Shown: positions 29,801 to 38,434, numbered from the stretch's first letter. The stretch is DNA of 64,000 bases from Chthonomonadales bacterium (GCA_038217285.1 JBBQPO010000002.1:11483-75482), one strand, 5' to 3'. The notes: generated by a model from the sequence alone, not told the origin. A program made the numbers and translations.

Positions 29801-29962
29801 CAAAACGCCCCTCGTCAGTGGTAGGCCGTCGTTGGCAGCGATACCCGCCAGGTAGATGAGTAGCTCGCCCGTCTTCGGTGCGATTTTAGTTGGCTCATCC
29901 CCGACACGTTGTACTACAAGGGAACCCAAGAGACGAATTGTCCAGCGTCGTCCTTCTTCCAT
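26894..29962 (-). CDS. SARP/AfsR-like regulator: wHTH-BTAD + NB-ARC-like ATPase + TPR repeats
   Basis: IRLLGSL...ELLIYLA; FIGRATEL, GMAGSGKT, LLVLDNLEHL, LSGLPLALEMAA, RHLSLR.AF.W; C-terminal TPRs. GGAGGAGGTG RBS before ATG 29962. Confidence 0.9.
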   Translation of the reverse strand: MEEGRRWTIRLLGSLVVQRVGDEPTKIAPKTGELLIYLAGIAANDGLPLTRGVLGELLWPNQEGKTQLDNLREQLRRVRRIFEAKAGTVEDVIQTTTSGTVGLALDHIVVDAQQFKDLCTNRVHAANELQAADVLQEAISLYGGDFGSGYEFDSDTTTSRHFLALRNMHRSLYYGALYEFVKVNIALRHYDEAKYYFERLKIFKVTLEDDLLYDDTFEVHYEELNRLILTGGQPFTSTDSLYLPPAQAHRHKTPHDDLLRADAHLASHSLTELTVPRIPQTNLLGDDLTPFIGRATELGTLTTTFERHFHSRKEWMGPANRRPRLLTLFGMAGSGKTRIAKEFIQRLKAEASIITRFISLADVTEPEQLLLRIATALGIEQGGDLFLQVAYKLRTGLWLLVLDNLEHLTPSCNTIIVELLEHCPALFCIVTSQRSMQIAQETLIPINPMATPKAGDTYEQIMQYESVSLFEVRAQARQAAFRITPENVVLIARVICSLSGLPLALEMAAMKISVLTPEDMLKQTESLESLTIQNHVRDRRHLSLRTAFQWNFDLLSHELKPCFLALAYFCGGWTLEAAAAIWDSSPTEALAKTSDLIQCSLIMQEGQSRYAMKEALRLFADDCLAPQSGDLAAVVATRHAAYYQDFVRSRVASGSPSPTGRRQIDAEHENIMCVMLHLAQSTADREAEVQFGITLFDYWNHCNHWEEWRRWIERVLPHRRELSDATRRSLLCGAGALERLHSNYSATLSYYEEAAAIESDNVDQTLRLWERLGEVHRVQGNTEKAQGLLETCLSFYHSSGNGPETARTLDILAWVACDRGDIALGLQYAEQSLQRWRELGEADHRDEIASLYNSLGYIEMLRSDLRASRRYYNDSLAIRQKIGYQTDIAWTKNNLIPIAIAEQNFAEARTYFRESMRIFWELGQVLALAWGFTRGAQLELALNRVPQATVLLASAEQTYRQYKLNQPFTERAGHKAARDQAHSQLTAEDFAGAWHRGIHMSLDDAVSFALALATDEHGDLRP

Positions 29963-30007
29963 CTCACCTCCTCCAGATATACGCCGCTTCAATATCTTAC
30001 GTGCCTC

Positions 30008-30040
30008 TACGACGTGTTTACGCCGTGTGGACGCCCTTAC
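30008..30040. promoter_or_regulatory. 11-bp direct repeats, candidate SARP boxes
   Basis: TACGACGTGTT / TACGCCGTGTG / GACGCCCTTAC starting 30008, 30019, 30030. Confidence 0.5.
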
Positions 30041-30310
30041 ATTACCCTATAGGCAACATACTCGGTTCCCCGCTGCATACCAGGAAGAACCGCAAAGACT
30101 GACATCTTTGCGGCCCGGAATAGTAGCGCACCAAGGAGAACGGCGCCACTATAGATGCACCTGACGAGAGTTCTGACCCTCTCGGCCATGTGCGCCCTGA
30201 CACTACGCCGTTCGTTCGCTCTCGTCAAGCACTTCCTTGGGGCTCTCCTACCTCTTCGTGGTCTCCATCACCCGTGATGGGTGCAGTGTCCGCCGACCAA
30301 GGAGACCCCG

Positions 30311-31192
30311 ATGCACTCACACCCGCTCGAGATGACGCTCACGGCGCTTGCCCAGCGCCTGACCGATGCTGCTGACCTCGTCATTGTGCAGAGCCACGTT
30401 GCCCAGGGCAACTACCAATGTGCCGTCGCTGGCTCGGGCCGCGTCGCCCAGATTGTAGATCAGACCCCCGAACAGCTGATCGCCGACCACGTTGCAGCAG
30501 CGGGGCAACGCTTCAACCAGATGTGCTTCCAGCCGCTCGCAGCTTCGGGGCAGGTTCTCGGAACGGTCGAACTGTGCAACTGGTCTACAGAACGGCTGGC
30601 GTACCTCGATCTTGCCGCCTTCGCCGCAGCCGCCGGGATTGCCCTCGCGGCTGCCGCACAGGCCACCCAATTCCAGCGTCTCGCCTGGATTGATCCGCAC
30701 ACCGGTGCCTATACCCTTACCTGGTTTACTGAGTTTCTCACGGACAACATCGCTGCCACTGCTAACATGCATCGGCCCATATCGCTCATAGCCTGGGATG
30801 TTGATAACCTCAAGATCCTCAATGAGTGGTTTGGCCATGCGCGTTGTGACCAGCTGCTCACTCTCCTAACCTGCACCCTGCAGCGCCATCTGCCGACGGG
30901 CAGTATCGCACGGTTTGCCGGAGACGAGTTTGTCGTCTGCTTGCCCGGTGTATCCGCCGTAGATGCCCAGGCGCTCGCCTGTCACTTGCAACTGCTCATC
31001 GATACTACCCCGTTTCGCATCGCCATTCCCGCCGCCTCTCCGAACGCTGAGCAGGACGTATGCCTGGGAATTTCCATCGGGAGTGCCAGTTATCCTCATG
31101 ACGCTCCTGACGGAGAGGGCCTCCTCGAGCACGCCATGCTCAGCATGCGAGCCGACAAAGAGCGGCGGCGCGCCGAGGCGGTCCAATCCTAA
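30311..31192 (+). CDS. GGDEF-domain (AGDEF) diguanylate cyclase with a GAF-like N-terminal region
   Basis: DPHTGA, WDVDNLKILNEWFGHARCDQLL, ARFAGDEFVV, ISIGSASYP; AAGGAG RBS. Confidence 0.85.
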   Translation: MHSHPLEMTLTALAQRLTDAADLVIVQSHVAQGNYQCAVAGSGRVAQIVDQTPEQLIADHVAAAGQRFNQMCFQPLAASGQVLGTVELCNWSTERLAYLDLAAFAAAAGIALAAAAQATQFQRLAWIDPHTGAYTLTWFTEFLTDNIAATANMHRPISLIAWDVDNLKILNEWFGHARCDQLLTLLTCTLQRHLPTGSIARFAGDEFVVCLPGVSAVDAQALACHLQLLIDTTPFRIAIPAASPNAEQDVCLGISIGSASYPHDAPDGEGLLEHAMLSMRADKERRRAEAVQS

Positions 31193-31335
31193 ACCGATTT
31201 TTCTGTCCATCCACTCTCCCGCAACGAGCTAAGCTCTCTGCACGACTGCCTGGGACACCGTCGGTTTCTCCTCGCTGGGAAATGAGGCGTCCCACGACCT
31301 TACATCCATCTGATAGGTTTTTAGAAAGAGGATCT

Positions 31336-31899
31336 ATGTCTACTATCACCCGGACGGCCACAGAAACCGTCAGCATCACGGCGCAAGACGTGCGCAAAGT
31401 CATGTCAAAGTGGTCGCGCGAATCGCGAAAGATCTGCCAAGCCGCAGCACACGCCTCTCCAGACTTCGACGCCGATACCGCAGAAATGGAGGTAGCAATG
31501 CTCGTGCTCCAGGAAGCCATCTGCGCGTTTAGCCTCGAATTTTATGTGGAACAGGAATTGGTTCGGGAATACGTATTCCGAATCTGCGACGATGGTACGC
31601 TCACTGAGACTGGTCCCTCGGCCGACAACCCGCCGACCGGCTATATCCCCGAGAAGGCGAGGGTGCGTTTGACCGTTACGCCCAATCCACAGGTCACCAA
31701 AGAGCATCGAGACCACTGGTTTGAGATGCTGGGCTGGGCAGATGCTCGCCTCCTTACAAAACCGGAAGGCCTGCGTACTCAGACCTATGGTTCGTTCGCA
31801 TCCGGTGGATTTGGCCTGCAACGCACCCTCCGTGTGAACCCGAAGTTCGACCAACCGGTCGCGCCGACGCAACTGATCCAGAAAGGAAGCCGCTGGTGA
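31336..31899 (+). CDS. Bacterial HORMA-domain protein (Cap7/HORMA1-like)
   Basis: S/T-rich N-terminus MSTITRTATETVSITAQDVRKV, DNP in the central loop, C-terminal GSFASGGFGLQRT resembling the Cap7 TYSAGG.SL.RT end (recalled); 187 aa; beside a Trip13-like ATPase. Confidence 0.72.
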   Translation: MSTITRTATETVSITAQDVRKVMSKWSRESRKICQAAAHASPDFDADTAEMEVAMLVLQEAICAFSLEFYVEQELVREYVFRICDDGTLTETGPSADNPPTGYIPEKARVRLTVTPNPQVTKEHRDHWFEMLGWADARLLTKPEGLRTQTYGSFASGGFGLQRTLRVNPKFDQPVAPTQLIQKGSRW

Positions 31900-32297
31900 A
31901 ACACATTTTTCTTATCCTCAGGAGCCCCGCAGGCGATGAACTAGGACGCCTGCCGCTAACCGCTGTGGTTGTCATGGCGGCTGGTGAACCCGCGCCAACA
32001 GGCACATGCCTGCCCCGGCGTGCCCAGTTCGAGACCCTCATGTGCGATCTCTACACGGTTCTCCAGGTCAACGGTCTCCGTTCTGCGCAGACGCCTGCGG
32101 CAGTCGAATTCGCCGCTAGCCTAGCTCTCCTGCACGAAGGAGACGATGAGGTGACCATTCCCCTCATCGTCGAGCCCTTGACACTACCTCATGCACAACT
32201 GGATGCTGGAGCAGCGGGCACGCCGGAACAAGGTGCCATGCTTCGCTGGGATGATCTGCTGCTCCTCACCGACACCCAGGAGGCCGACCATGCGTAA
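31896..32297 (+). CDS. Hypothetical protein, translationally coupled between HORMA and the AAA+ gene
   Basis: GTGA overlap upstream, 8-nt overlap downstream. Confidence 0.65.
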   Translation: MKHIFLILRSPAGDELGRLPLTAVVVMAAGEPAPTGTCLPRRAQFETLMCDLYTVLQVNGLRSAQTPAAVEFAASLALLHEGDDEVTIPLIVEPLTLPHAQLDAGAAGTPEQGAMLRWDDLLLLTDTQEADHA

Positions 32298-33402
32298 CAC
32301 TCCCTCTCATCCCGCTCCCGTAACCTGGGTGGTGACGCTGCGACAGGGCACGCCCGATAGCCAGGGGCGGCTCGCTGAACTACTCCGCCCGAATCTGGAA
32401 CGCACCCTGGCGGCGGCCCCGGAAACACGCGAGGCAACGTATGAAACTCCGTTTGGCACCCTCTCCCTGCATCGTCAGGGCAGTAGCTCACCCGGAGCAC
32501 CCATTCGCCTCACCTTCGCTGCAAACCATATGCCTCGTCCCGAAGCCGGCACAGCGGGACAGGCAGACGGCCTGCCACTCCTTACCCTCCCCGATGCAAC
32601 CATACAGAACCATGGGGCCTGCCTTATTGGCTTAGAGGAACTCCATCAAAGCGTCCTCTACCACTTCAACGTGCGCTGGGATGGGGCGCTGGAAGCGTGG
32701 AGCCAGCGCACCGGACAGGCGATCCCTCCTGGCCTCCATAGGTCGGTTACGGGAACACCCGCCCTCTTCATCTTCGCGGGCGACCCCGGAACCGGTAAGT
32801 CAGTGTCTGCTGCTACCCTCGCAGACCGGTACTGTCGGCAGCAGGATATCACGGGACATCTGGTTCGCCTGGGTACCGAACTGCGCGGCGATGGCACCGT
32901 TAATTCCGGCGGCAATCGGCTCCAAGCGAGCTTCGCGCAGTTGGGACGCCTACCCGATGCCGATCTCAAAATGCTGGTTCTTGAAGAAGCCGAAGCGATC
33001 GGCATGCGGCGCAGCGAGGGGCAGAGCCATTTTGAAGATCGGGCACAGACAAGTACCCTGCTGCAATGTCTCGACGCCTATGGCGGCCGGCGGCGCTTTG
33101 TGGTGGTGATGACCACAAATGTGGCGGATGCACTGGATGCAGCGATTATTCGCCGGGCAGTGCCTGTCACCTTCGCCCGCCCGAACCAGCACGCACGATG
33201 CATCCTGCTTGCGGACTGGTTGCCTGACGTTCCGGCAGAAGCGCTTGATTGGGCGGCTGAGGTAAGCGAGGGCATGACCGGCAGCGACATGGTGCGGACG
33301 CTTATGGGACTGTTCACCACAGCAGTTCAGACGGCTCAGGCGGTACCGCAGGAGCAGGTTCTGGAAGCACTGTTCAGCGCTCCGCGCACAGGGAGGGTCT
33401 GA
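32290..33402 (+). CDS. Trip13/Pch2-like AAA+ ATPase (CBASS Cap6-like)
   Basis: LIGL...LEAWS, PALFIFAGDPGTGKS, LRGDGTV, LVLEEAEAIGMRR...HFEDRA (cf. Cap6 DEADALAQSR...HHEDRAG, recalled), MTTN...LDAAIIRRA...FARPN. Confidence 0.85.
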   Translation: MRNTPSHPAPVTWVVTLRQGTPDSQGRLAELLRPNLERTLAAAPETREATYETPFGTLSLHRQGSSSPGAPIRLTFAANHMPRPEAGTAGQADGLPLLTLPDATIQNHGACLIGLEELHQSVLYHFNVRWDGALEAWSQRTGQAIPPGLHRSVTGTPALFIFAGDPGTGKSVSAATLADRYCRQQDITGHLVRLGTELRGDGTVNSGGNRLQASFAQLGRLPDADLKMLVLEEAEAIGMRRSEGQSHFEDRAQTSTLLQCLDAYGGRRRFVVVMTTNVADALDAAIIRRAVPVTFARPNQHARCILLADWLPDVPAEALDWAAEVSEGMTGSDMVRTLMGLFTTAVQTAQAVPQEQVLEALFSAPRTGRV

Positions 33403-33403
33403 C

Positions 33404-34021
33404 ATGCCCGGCCAACACCTGATCCCATACGATGTGCGTGACGAAGTACCTGAGCGGCCCAGTGGCTTCTTCGGGGCTGGCATGAGCCAGTTCCAGACAT
33501 GGTGTGAGGAACGCAAGAACGATGCCGAAGTACGGCGCCTCCAGAGCCAGATGCGCCTCATCCAAGCGCGACAGGCACTCCTCGATGCGCAGTACCAGGC
33601 TGTGCGCTCGCTCCACCAAGCTGCGGCTGCGGCAGAAGAGGCAGCAGCCGATCACAGTCTGCGCCGCACCCTGCGGGAGGTAGCGCCGGGGGAAGCCCAC
33701 CGCATCCTGCGTATCGCGCTGGAGGAAGAAGTCATCCTCCTCCAGAGGGAGCAACTCCGCCGTTATCGGCTGAGCGAAGGCGTGATCACCCTGCCGGAAG
33801 GGGGGATGGGAAGCGGTACGCCGGGGGGCTTGGAGGTTGACCTGAGCACCCAGGAGATTGAGCGCTTAGCCCTGCGGGCGGTCATGCAGATCCAGACGCT
33901 CCCGGCTATGGAACATGAAGCCGCCTTCTCCCGCTGGACCCAGGAGCTTGCGGGGCAGTTTCCAGCCTTTGCGATCGCTGAGATCACAAAGCGAGCGAGC
34001 GAGCTGCGCGCGCTACTGTAG
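33404..34021 (+). CDS. Hypothetical helical/coiled-coil protein
   Basis: Starts 1 nt after the AAA+ stop; Ala/Glu/Arg/Gln-rich. Confidence 0.7.
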   Translation: MPGQHLIPYDVRDEVPERPSGFFGAGMSQFQTWCEERKNDAEVRRLQSQMRLIQARQALLDAQYQAVRSLHQAAAAAEEAAADHSLRRTLREVAPGEAHRILRIALEEEVILLQREQLRRYRLSEGVITLPEGGMGSGTPGGLEVDLSTQEIERLALRAVMQIQTLPAMEHEAAFSRWTQELAGQFPAFAIAEITKRASELRALL

Positions 34022-34043
34022 GAGGCGGTAGGCCTGAATGAAG

Positions 34044-34089
34044 CACTGGCCCGGGTTTTTGGTTGGGTAGCCAAGAGCACGGGCCAGTG
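34044..34089. repeat. Long hairpin upstream of the coupling-protein gene
   Basis: CACTGGCCCG (34044-53) / CGGGCCAGTG (34080-89), extended inward largely by G-T pairs. Confidence 0.6.
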
Positions 34090-34231
34090 TCCTCTCAAAC
34101 GATCTCGCAACCCTCCTATTTTGCCCGCGGTTTTTCGTGTGACTATATCTGGTTTTTCGCCTGGACGTGAGGGCTGTATCCGGCGTTCAGGCGGTCCTTG
34201 GTGAACCCCAAGAAAGGTACGAAATACGACG

Positions 34232-36070
34232 ATGGATCCGATCCAACTTGGCGTGTACGTGCGCTTCCCGCACAGCGACCATACGCTCGATATTATCGCG
34301 GAACCGCCGCAGGTGGCAGCATACACCACAACGCCGTGGAGTCGCGCATTTTTCTCCCAGCGGTTGGGAATCCCGGCACAAACACCGGCCCGCCCCGATG
34401 CATTGATTGCGCAGGTATCTGACAGTCAGCTTGCGCGACACAGTCTGTTGGTGGGTGGCTCGGGGTACGGAAAAAGCCGCCTCATTCACCGCAATGTTCT
34501 CTGCCACTTACTGGATGGCTGTTCGGTGCTCCTGCTTGATCCGAAAGGGGAAACCAAGGATAACCTGCTCGCTTGTTTGGTAGAGCTTGGCATACCACCC
34601 GAGCGGCTCACCTTACTCAATCCGCAGCACGCCGACAGCGTTCCTGGATGGAACCCCTTCAAAACGGGCCTTCCGGTTTCCCAGGCCGCAAACGACTTCG
34701 TGAACGTGCTCCAGCAGACCTCCACGAGCTGGGGACCGCGGCTGCAGGATTTGATTTCGAACAGCGGTATTATCGTCGGGGAGTACGGCCTGTCGATCTT
34801 TGAGCTGGCGCGGTTCCTGGTGCGGGAGGAGTACCGCGAGAGCCTGTTGCAGGTCCCAATCCAGCCACAAAACCCCATTGCCTTCGCCGAGGCCGTGAGC
34901 TTCTTCCGGGAGGAAATGTCCGCGTGGGGCCGTGCGGAGCGGGCGAACGCTATCGGGCCCGTGCTCACCCGTATCCGCGAGTTTCTGCGCTCCGCTTACC
35001 TGCGCCCACTCCTCTGTGCCGAGGAGAACACTTTTGATTTGGCCGAACTCTGGCGAAAACAATGTATCGTTGTGGTACACGTTGATCGCGCCGAACTCGG
35101 TGAAGCAGGGGCCCACCTCTTGGCGGGAACGCTCGCCAACCAGGCGTTTCGAACTGCTTTGCGCATGCCGGGGCGCAACCGGGTGCTGCTCGTTGTCGAC
35201 GAGTTGGGCCAAATGGAAGCCATGATGGGCCGTGCCCTGACCGACATCGTGACCGTTGCTCGCTCGCTCAATCTGCGCCTCTTGGTCGCCTGTCAGCACT
35301 TAGCCCAACTGTCCCAAGAGCTTCGGGAGGCGCTGCTGGCGAACTGCACCGTGCAGGGTTTTTTCAAGTTGGGATATGACGATGCCAAACTGGTGGCGGC
35401 CTCGCTCTCGGCCGGGGCACCTGCAACGATCCAGCGCTTTGTCGCGTCCTTCGACCCGGAGACCCAGACTACGTGGAGTCATCGAATCTGTGGAGGCGAA
35501 GGCCTTCCCCTACGGCTTCCCGAACCGCGCTGGGCGCACTTCGCGCAGGGTGGGCTCACCGGACGATCCGCCGTGCAGCGCCTCTTGGCGCTCGGAAAAA
35601 CTTCGAAACAGCCACGCCTCTACGTGCGCGCGGCCGATACGCAACAGCCGGTGGAACTTACCACCTACGTCTCGGGATTGCCCGATTCCGACTATAGTCT
35701 CGCTGGCCCGGCCCTTGAACTGGTGGTGACGTTTCCTCGGCCCCGCATCGCGAATGTCGAGCGGGTGACCGCAAGCGACGTGGCGAGCACCTGGATCCGT
35801 GAACTGCAGAACCTACCGGTCCAGCATATCGCGCTCCGGCTCGCTGGCACGGAGCCAGGTATTGTCAAGGTTTCCGACGTCACGATTCCCGAGCGCACCC
35901 CGGCGCTTGATGCCTACCTGGCCCGATCCTATGCCGCAAACGGCCAATCGGCGGCAGAGATCGCCCGCGTCTTGGCGGCGCGCACCGCCGCAGTTGAGCG
36001 GCTGGCTGCCGGTATCGCTACCGGTACATCCCCGATACAGGAGGACCACCATGACGGCAGCATCTGGTAA
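34232..36070 (+). CDS. TraD/TrwB/VirD4-like coupling ATPase (no TM segment seen)
   Basis: RHSLLVGGSGYGKS, LLDPKGE, WNPF, SWGPR, LLVVDELG, ARSLNL...ACQHLAQL, LLANC. Confidence 0.85.
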   Translation: MDPIQLGVYVRFPHSDHTLDIIAEPPQVAAYTTTPWSRAFFSQRLGIPAQTPARPDALIAQVSDSQLARHSLLVGGSGYGKSRLIHRNVLCHLLDGCSVLLLDPKGETKDNLLACLVELGIPPERLTLLNPQHADSVPGWNPFKTGLPVSQAANDFVNVLQQTSTSWGPRLQDLISNSGIIVGEYGLSIFELARFLVREEYRESLLQVPIQPQNPIAFAEAVSFFREEMSAWGRAERANAIGPVLTRIREFLRSAYLRPLLCAEENTFDLAELWRKQCIVVVHVDRAELGEAGAHLLAGTLANQAFRTALRMPGRNRVLLVVDELGQMEAMMGRALTDIVTVARSLNLRLLVACQHLAQLSQELREALLANCTVQGFFKLGYDDAKLVAASLSAGAPATIQRFVASFDPETQTTWSHRICGGEGLPLRLPEPRWAHFAQGGLTGRSAVQRLLALGKTSKQPRLYVRAADTQQPVELTTYVSGLPDSDYSLAGPALELVVTFPRPRIANVERVTASDVASTWIRELQNLPVQHIALRLAGTEPGIVKVSDVTIPERTPALDAYLARSYAANGQSAAEIARVLAARTAAVERLAAGIATGTSPIQEDHHDGSIW

Positions 36071-36959
36071 TCCCGGCGGGAAAGAGCCGCGCCGCCAGCG
36101 GTTTGCCCGCCGCCCGGCACCGGTCACCCTGACGCCGCAGAAGGTGGCGCTCCTGCGCCAGATTGCCGACTACGGCCTAGCTACGGTCGTGCAGTTGGCG
36201 AAGCTCGTCGGCCCTTCGGAGAAGAGCGTGCGGCGGCATCTTCGGGAACTCTATGACTCGGGACTCACAGACCTGATCGCGATACCGAGAGCGGCCTTAG
36301 CGGCGCCGGGTGAGGTTAATGATGCGCGCCTGCTGTACGGTTCGGCACCGAATATTGCCTGCTTGAAGAGGGCCGGACAGAAGGCACTCATCGCCGCAGG
36401 GTACCCCGACACACCAGCACCGCTCCCGCCGTATGGACCGCGCAACTGGGCCTTTGTGGCGCACGCGCTCGCCATCAGGGACGTTCGCCTCTGGCTCGAA
36501 CTCTCTGCCCGTTACGTCTCTGGTCAGACCCTCGAAACCTGGAAGTGCGGGGGTGCTGCGGCGATCGATCTGGAGCGGGTACGGGCACCCCAGAAACTCT
36601 ACCCTGATGCCTGGTTTACCTACCGGGTCGGTGAGCAGATCCTCGTCGGCTTGCTGGAAGTTGATCGCGGCACTGAACGGGGTAACACCCGCTGGCAGGA
36701 AAAGCTCACTGGCTACCATGCGCTCTTCGAGAGCGGACGCCTGGCAGCGGTCACGGGCTACCGCAACGCGCGAATTATTGTGGTAACCTCGAGTGAGCGG
36801 CGGCGCGATAGCCTCGCGACGTTCATTCAGCAGCATGCTGATCCGACGCTTGCCAGTCGGTTTTGGTGTGCTGGGGAGACGCTGATTGCAACTCCTGGCC
36901 TCGACACCGTCGGATGGCGGCAACCAGGACAGCAAATGCTTCGCGCACTACTGAAGTAA
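36051..36959 (+). CDS. Replication-relaxation (Replic_Relax) family protein
   Basis: N-terminal wHTH, HALAIRDVR, PDAWF, LEVDRGTE, KLTGY; overlaps the coupling-protein stop. Confidence 0.85.
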   Translation: MTAASGNPGGKEPRRQRFARRPAPVTLTPQKVALLRQIADYGLATVVQLAKLVGPSEKSVRRHLRELYDSGLTDLIAIPRAALAAPGEVNDARLLYGSAPNIACLKRAGQKALIAAGYPDTPAPLPPYGPRNWAFVAHALAIRDVRLWLELSARYVSGQTLETWKCGGAAAIDLERVRAPQKLYPDAWFTYRVGEQILVGLLEVDRGTERGNTRWQEKLTGYHALFESGRLAAVTGYRNARIIVVTSSERRRDSLATFIQQHADPTLASRFWCAGETLIATPGLDTVGWRQPGQQMLRALLK

Positions 36960-37143
36960 GAGAGGGGTGAAGAGTAGAAAGGCCGCACTTCAAAAAGAGC
37001 GTCTACTATCCTGATCCGGAAGTGCCTGTCAGCGAGGGAAATCCTTACCAGCAGGCATTTCCCGATATGTTCTACTGCAGTGCTACGCTGCCAATACTCG
37101 TCTGCCTCGCCGCACTACGGGATGCTGGAAGTGAAGGAACTAA

Positions 37144-38244
37144 AGACTGATTGCGAAATAGCGGTCTCGGCTTCGCCTCAAGCTAACGTTTCCGTTTCTT
37201 GAAGGAAGAAAATTCGGGATCCTCAGACCGCTATGCCAATTCAAACCTACCGGTGGCGCGGAAATTGAGCAACCCGCTCACCACGCAAAAGATGTCTTCG
37301 TGCCCGCTCTGCGGTCCGCGCCACAGACCCGCGAGGCAGCCGAACTTCTGAAGACGAGCGAAGTGATGCTCGACCGGCATCCGCAACACCGAGAGGAGAT
37401 GGTTGTACGCTTTGCCCAAAATCGTCACCTTCTGACCGCGTTTCTTCTTGATCGGAGCCGCCACATCCGCGTCAGGATACGCTTTCTCGGTACCTTCGTA
37501 CCCCTTGTCCAGACGGACTTTCACCGCCAACGGGATCCGATGCATGACTCCCGAGGCGCGCAGAACGGTCATGTCATGCAGGCTGCCCGGTAAGCCACCG
37601 AACACATGAAGCACCAGGTTTTTGGTCGCCACGATCTGCGTTTTGATCGTGTGGTCGTGCTGCTTCCCACTGTAGGCGTGCTTGCGTTTGAGCTTGTCCG
37701 CAGGCTGTGGCACTTCCTGTTCGGTGGCGTCGATCAACACCTCGGCGAAGTCAGGATGGGCCTTGAGCAACTCTTGGAGCGTGTTGATGCGCTTGGGCTT
37801 TTTGACCGGCTTCTGGTTGTCGGGCTTGTCCTCGGCGCAATGGACGATCGTTCGCAAGGGAGCGTCGCGCAAAGGAATGGGCAGGACTTCCAGGAGAACG
37901 GGCATTAAGCGTAGCTTGAACTCTCGGCAGATGTTGCTCTCGTCCAGATCGAAGAGGTAGCTGAGCAGGCTCTGACTACAATAGAGGCGCAGGTAGATCA
38001 GTCCCATCAACAAGCGTTCGGGCAGAGACAAAGCAAATGGTCGTCCGGCTCCGATTTGTCGCTCACGTTGGTCGTGATTGCGTTGGTGATGTTGGGCTTG
38101 TTCATAGGCGAGAGTGACCTGTGCCAGCACCTGATCGAACTCAACAATCGTGAGGCCGGTGAACTTTTGGAAGTGACGCGGCTTACGCCGCAGTTTGGTT
38201 AAGGTAATCATGCCACTCAGGTTACCTTATTTCGCAATTGATCT
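37144..38244. mobile_element. IS5-family (ISL2-like) insertion sequence, 1101 bp
   Basis: TIRs AGACTGATTGCGAAATA / AGATCAATTGCGAAATA (14/17), flanked by TAA on both sides (37141-43, 38245-47). Confidence 0.88.
37231..38211 (-). CDS. IS5-family DDE transposase (HTH_Tnp_4 + DDE_Tnp_4)
   Basis: FQKFTGL, IDATE, YSGKQHDHTIKTQ, HD, DKGY, RMPVEH. Confidence 0.92.
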   Translation of the reverse strand: MITLTKLRRKPRHFQKFTGLTIVEFDQVLAQVTLAYEQAQHHQRNHDQRERQIGAGRPFALSLPERLLMGLIYLRLYCSQSLLSYLFDLDESNICREFKLRLMPVLLEVLPIPLRDAPLRTIVHCAEDKPDNQKPVKKPKRINTLQELLKAHPDFAEVLIDATEQEVPQPADKLKRKHAYSGKQHDHTIKTQIVATKNLVLHVFGGLPGSLHDMTVLRASGVMHRIPLAVKVRLDKGYEGTEKAYPDADVAAPIKKKRGQKVTILGKAYNHLLSVLRMPVEHHFARLQKFGCLAGLWRGPQSGHEDIFCVVSGLLNFRATGRFELA

Positions 38245-38434
38245 TAACAAAACTGGCGTTCACCCGAATCAGCAGACAGGCGACTAAGAAGGGTTTGTTG
38301 AAGCGCCAAAGAAACATATCAATGTCTCTTTTTTGCTTGCCTGAATTTTCCTGCAACTCAAATCCACACATCATGGGTCGCAATTGGGGTATAATAGGAT
38401 GTTCTTCAGATCAAGGAGAGCAGATCCTTCAGGT

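Noticed and set aside
30311-31192. cGAMP-producing (Hypr) GGDEF
   Set aside because: The guanine-binding Asp (CDQLL) is retained rather than replaced by Ser, so the sequence gives no support.
30311-34021. Complete type III CBASS system
   Set aside because: No CD-NTase (hG[S/G]...DxD motif) or CBASS effector is recognisable among the neighbours; only the HORMA/Trip13 accessory pair is present.
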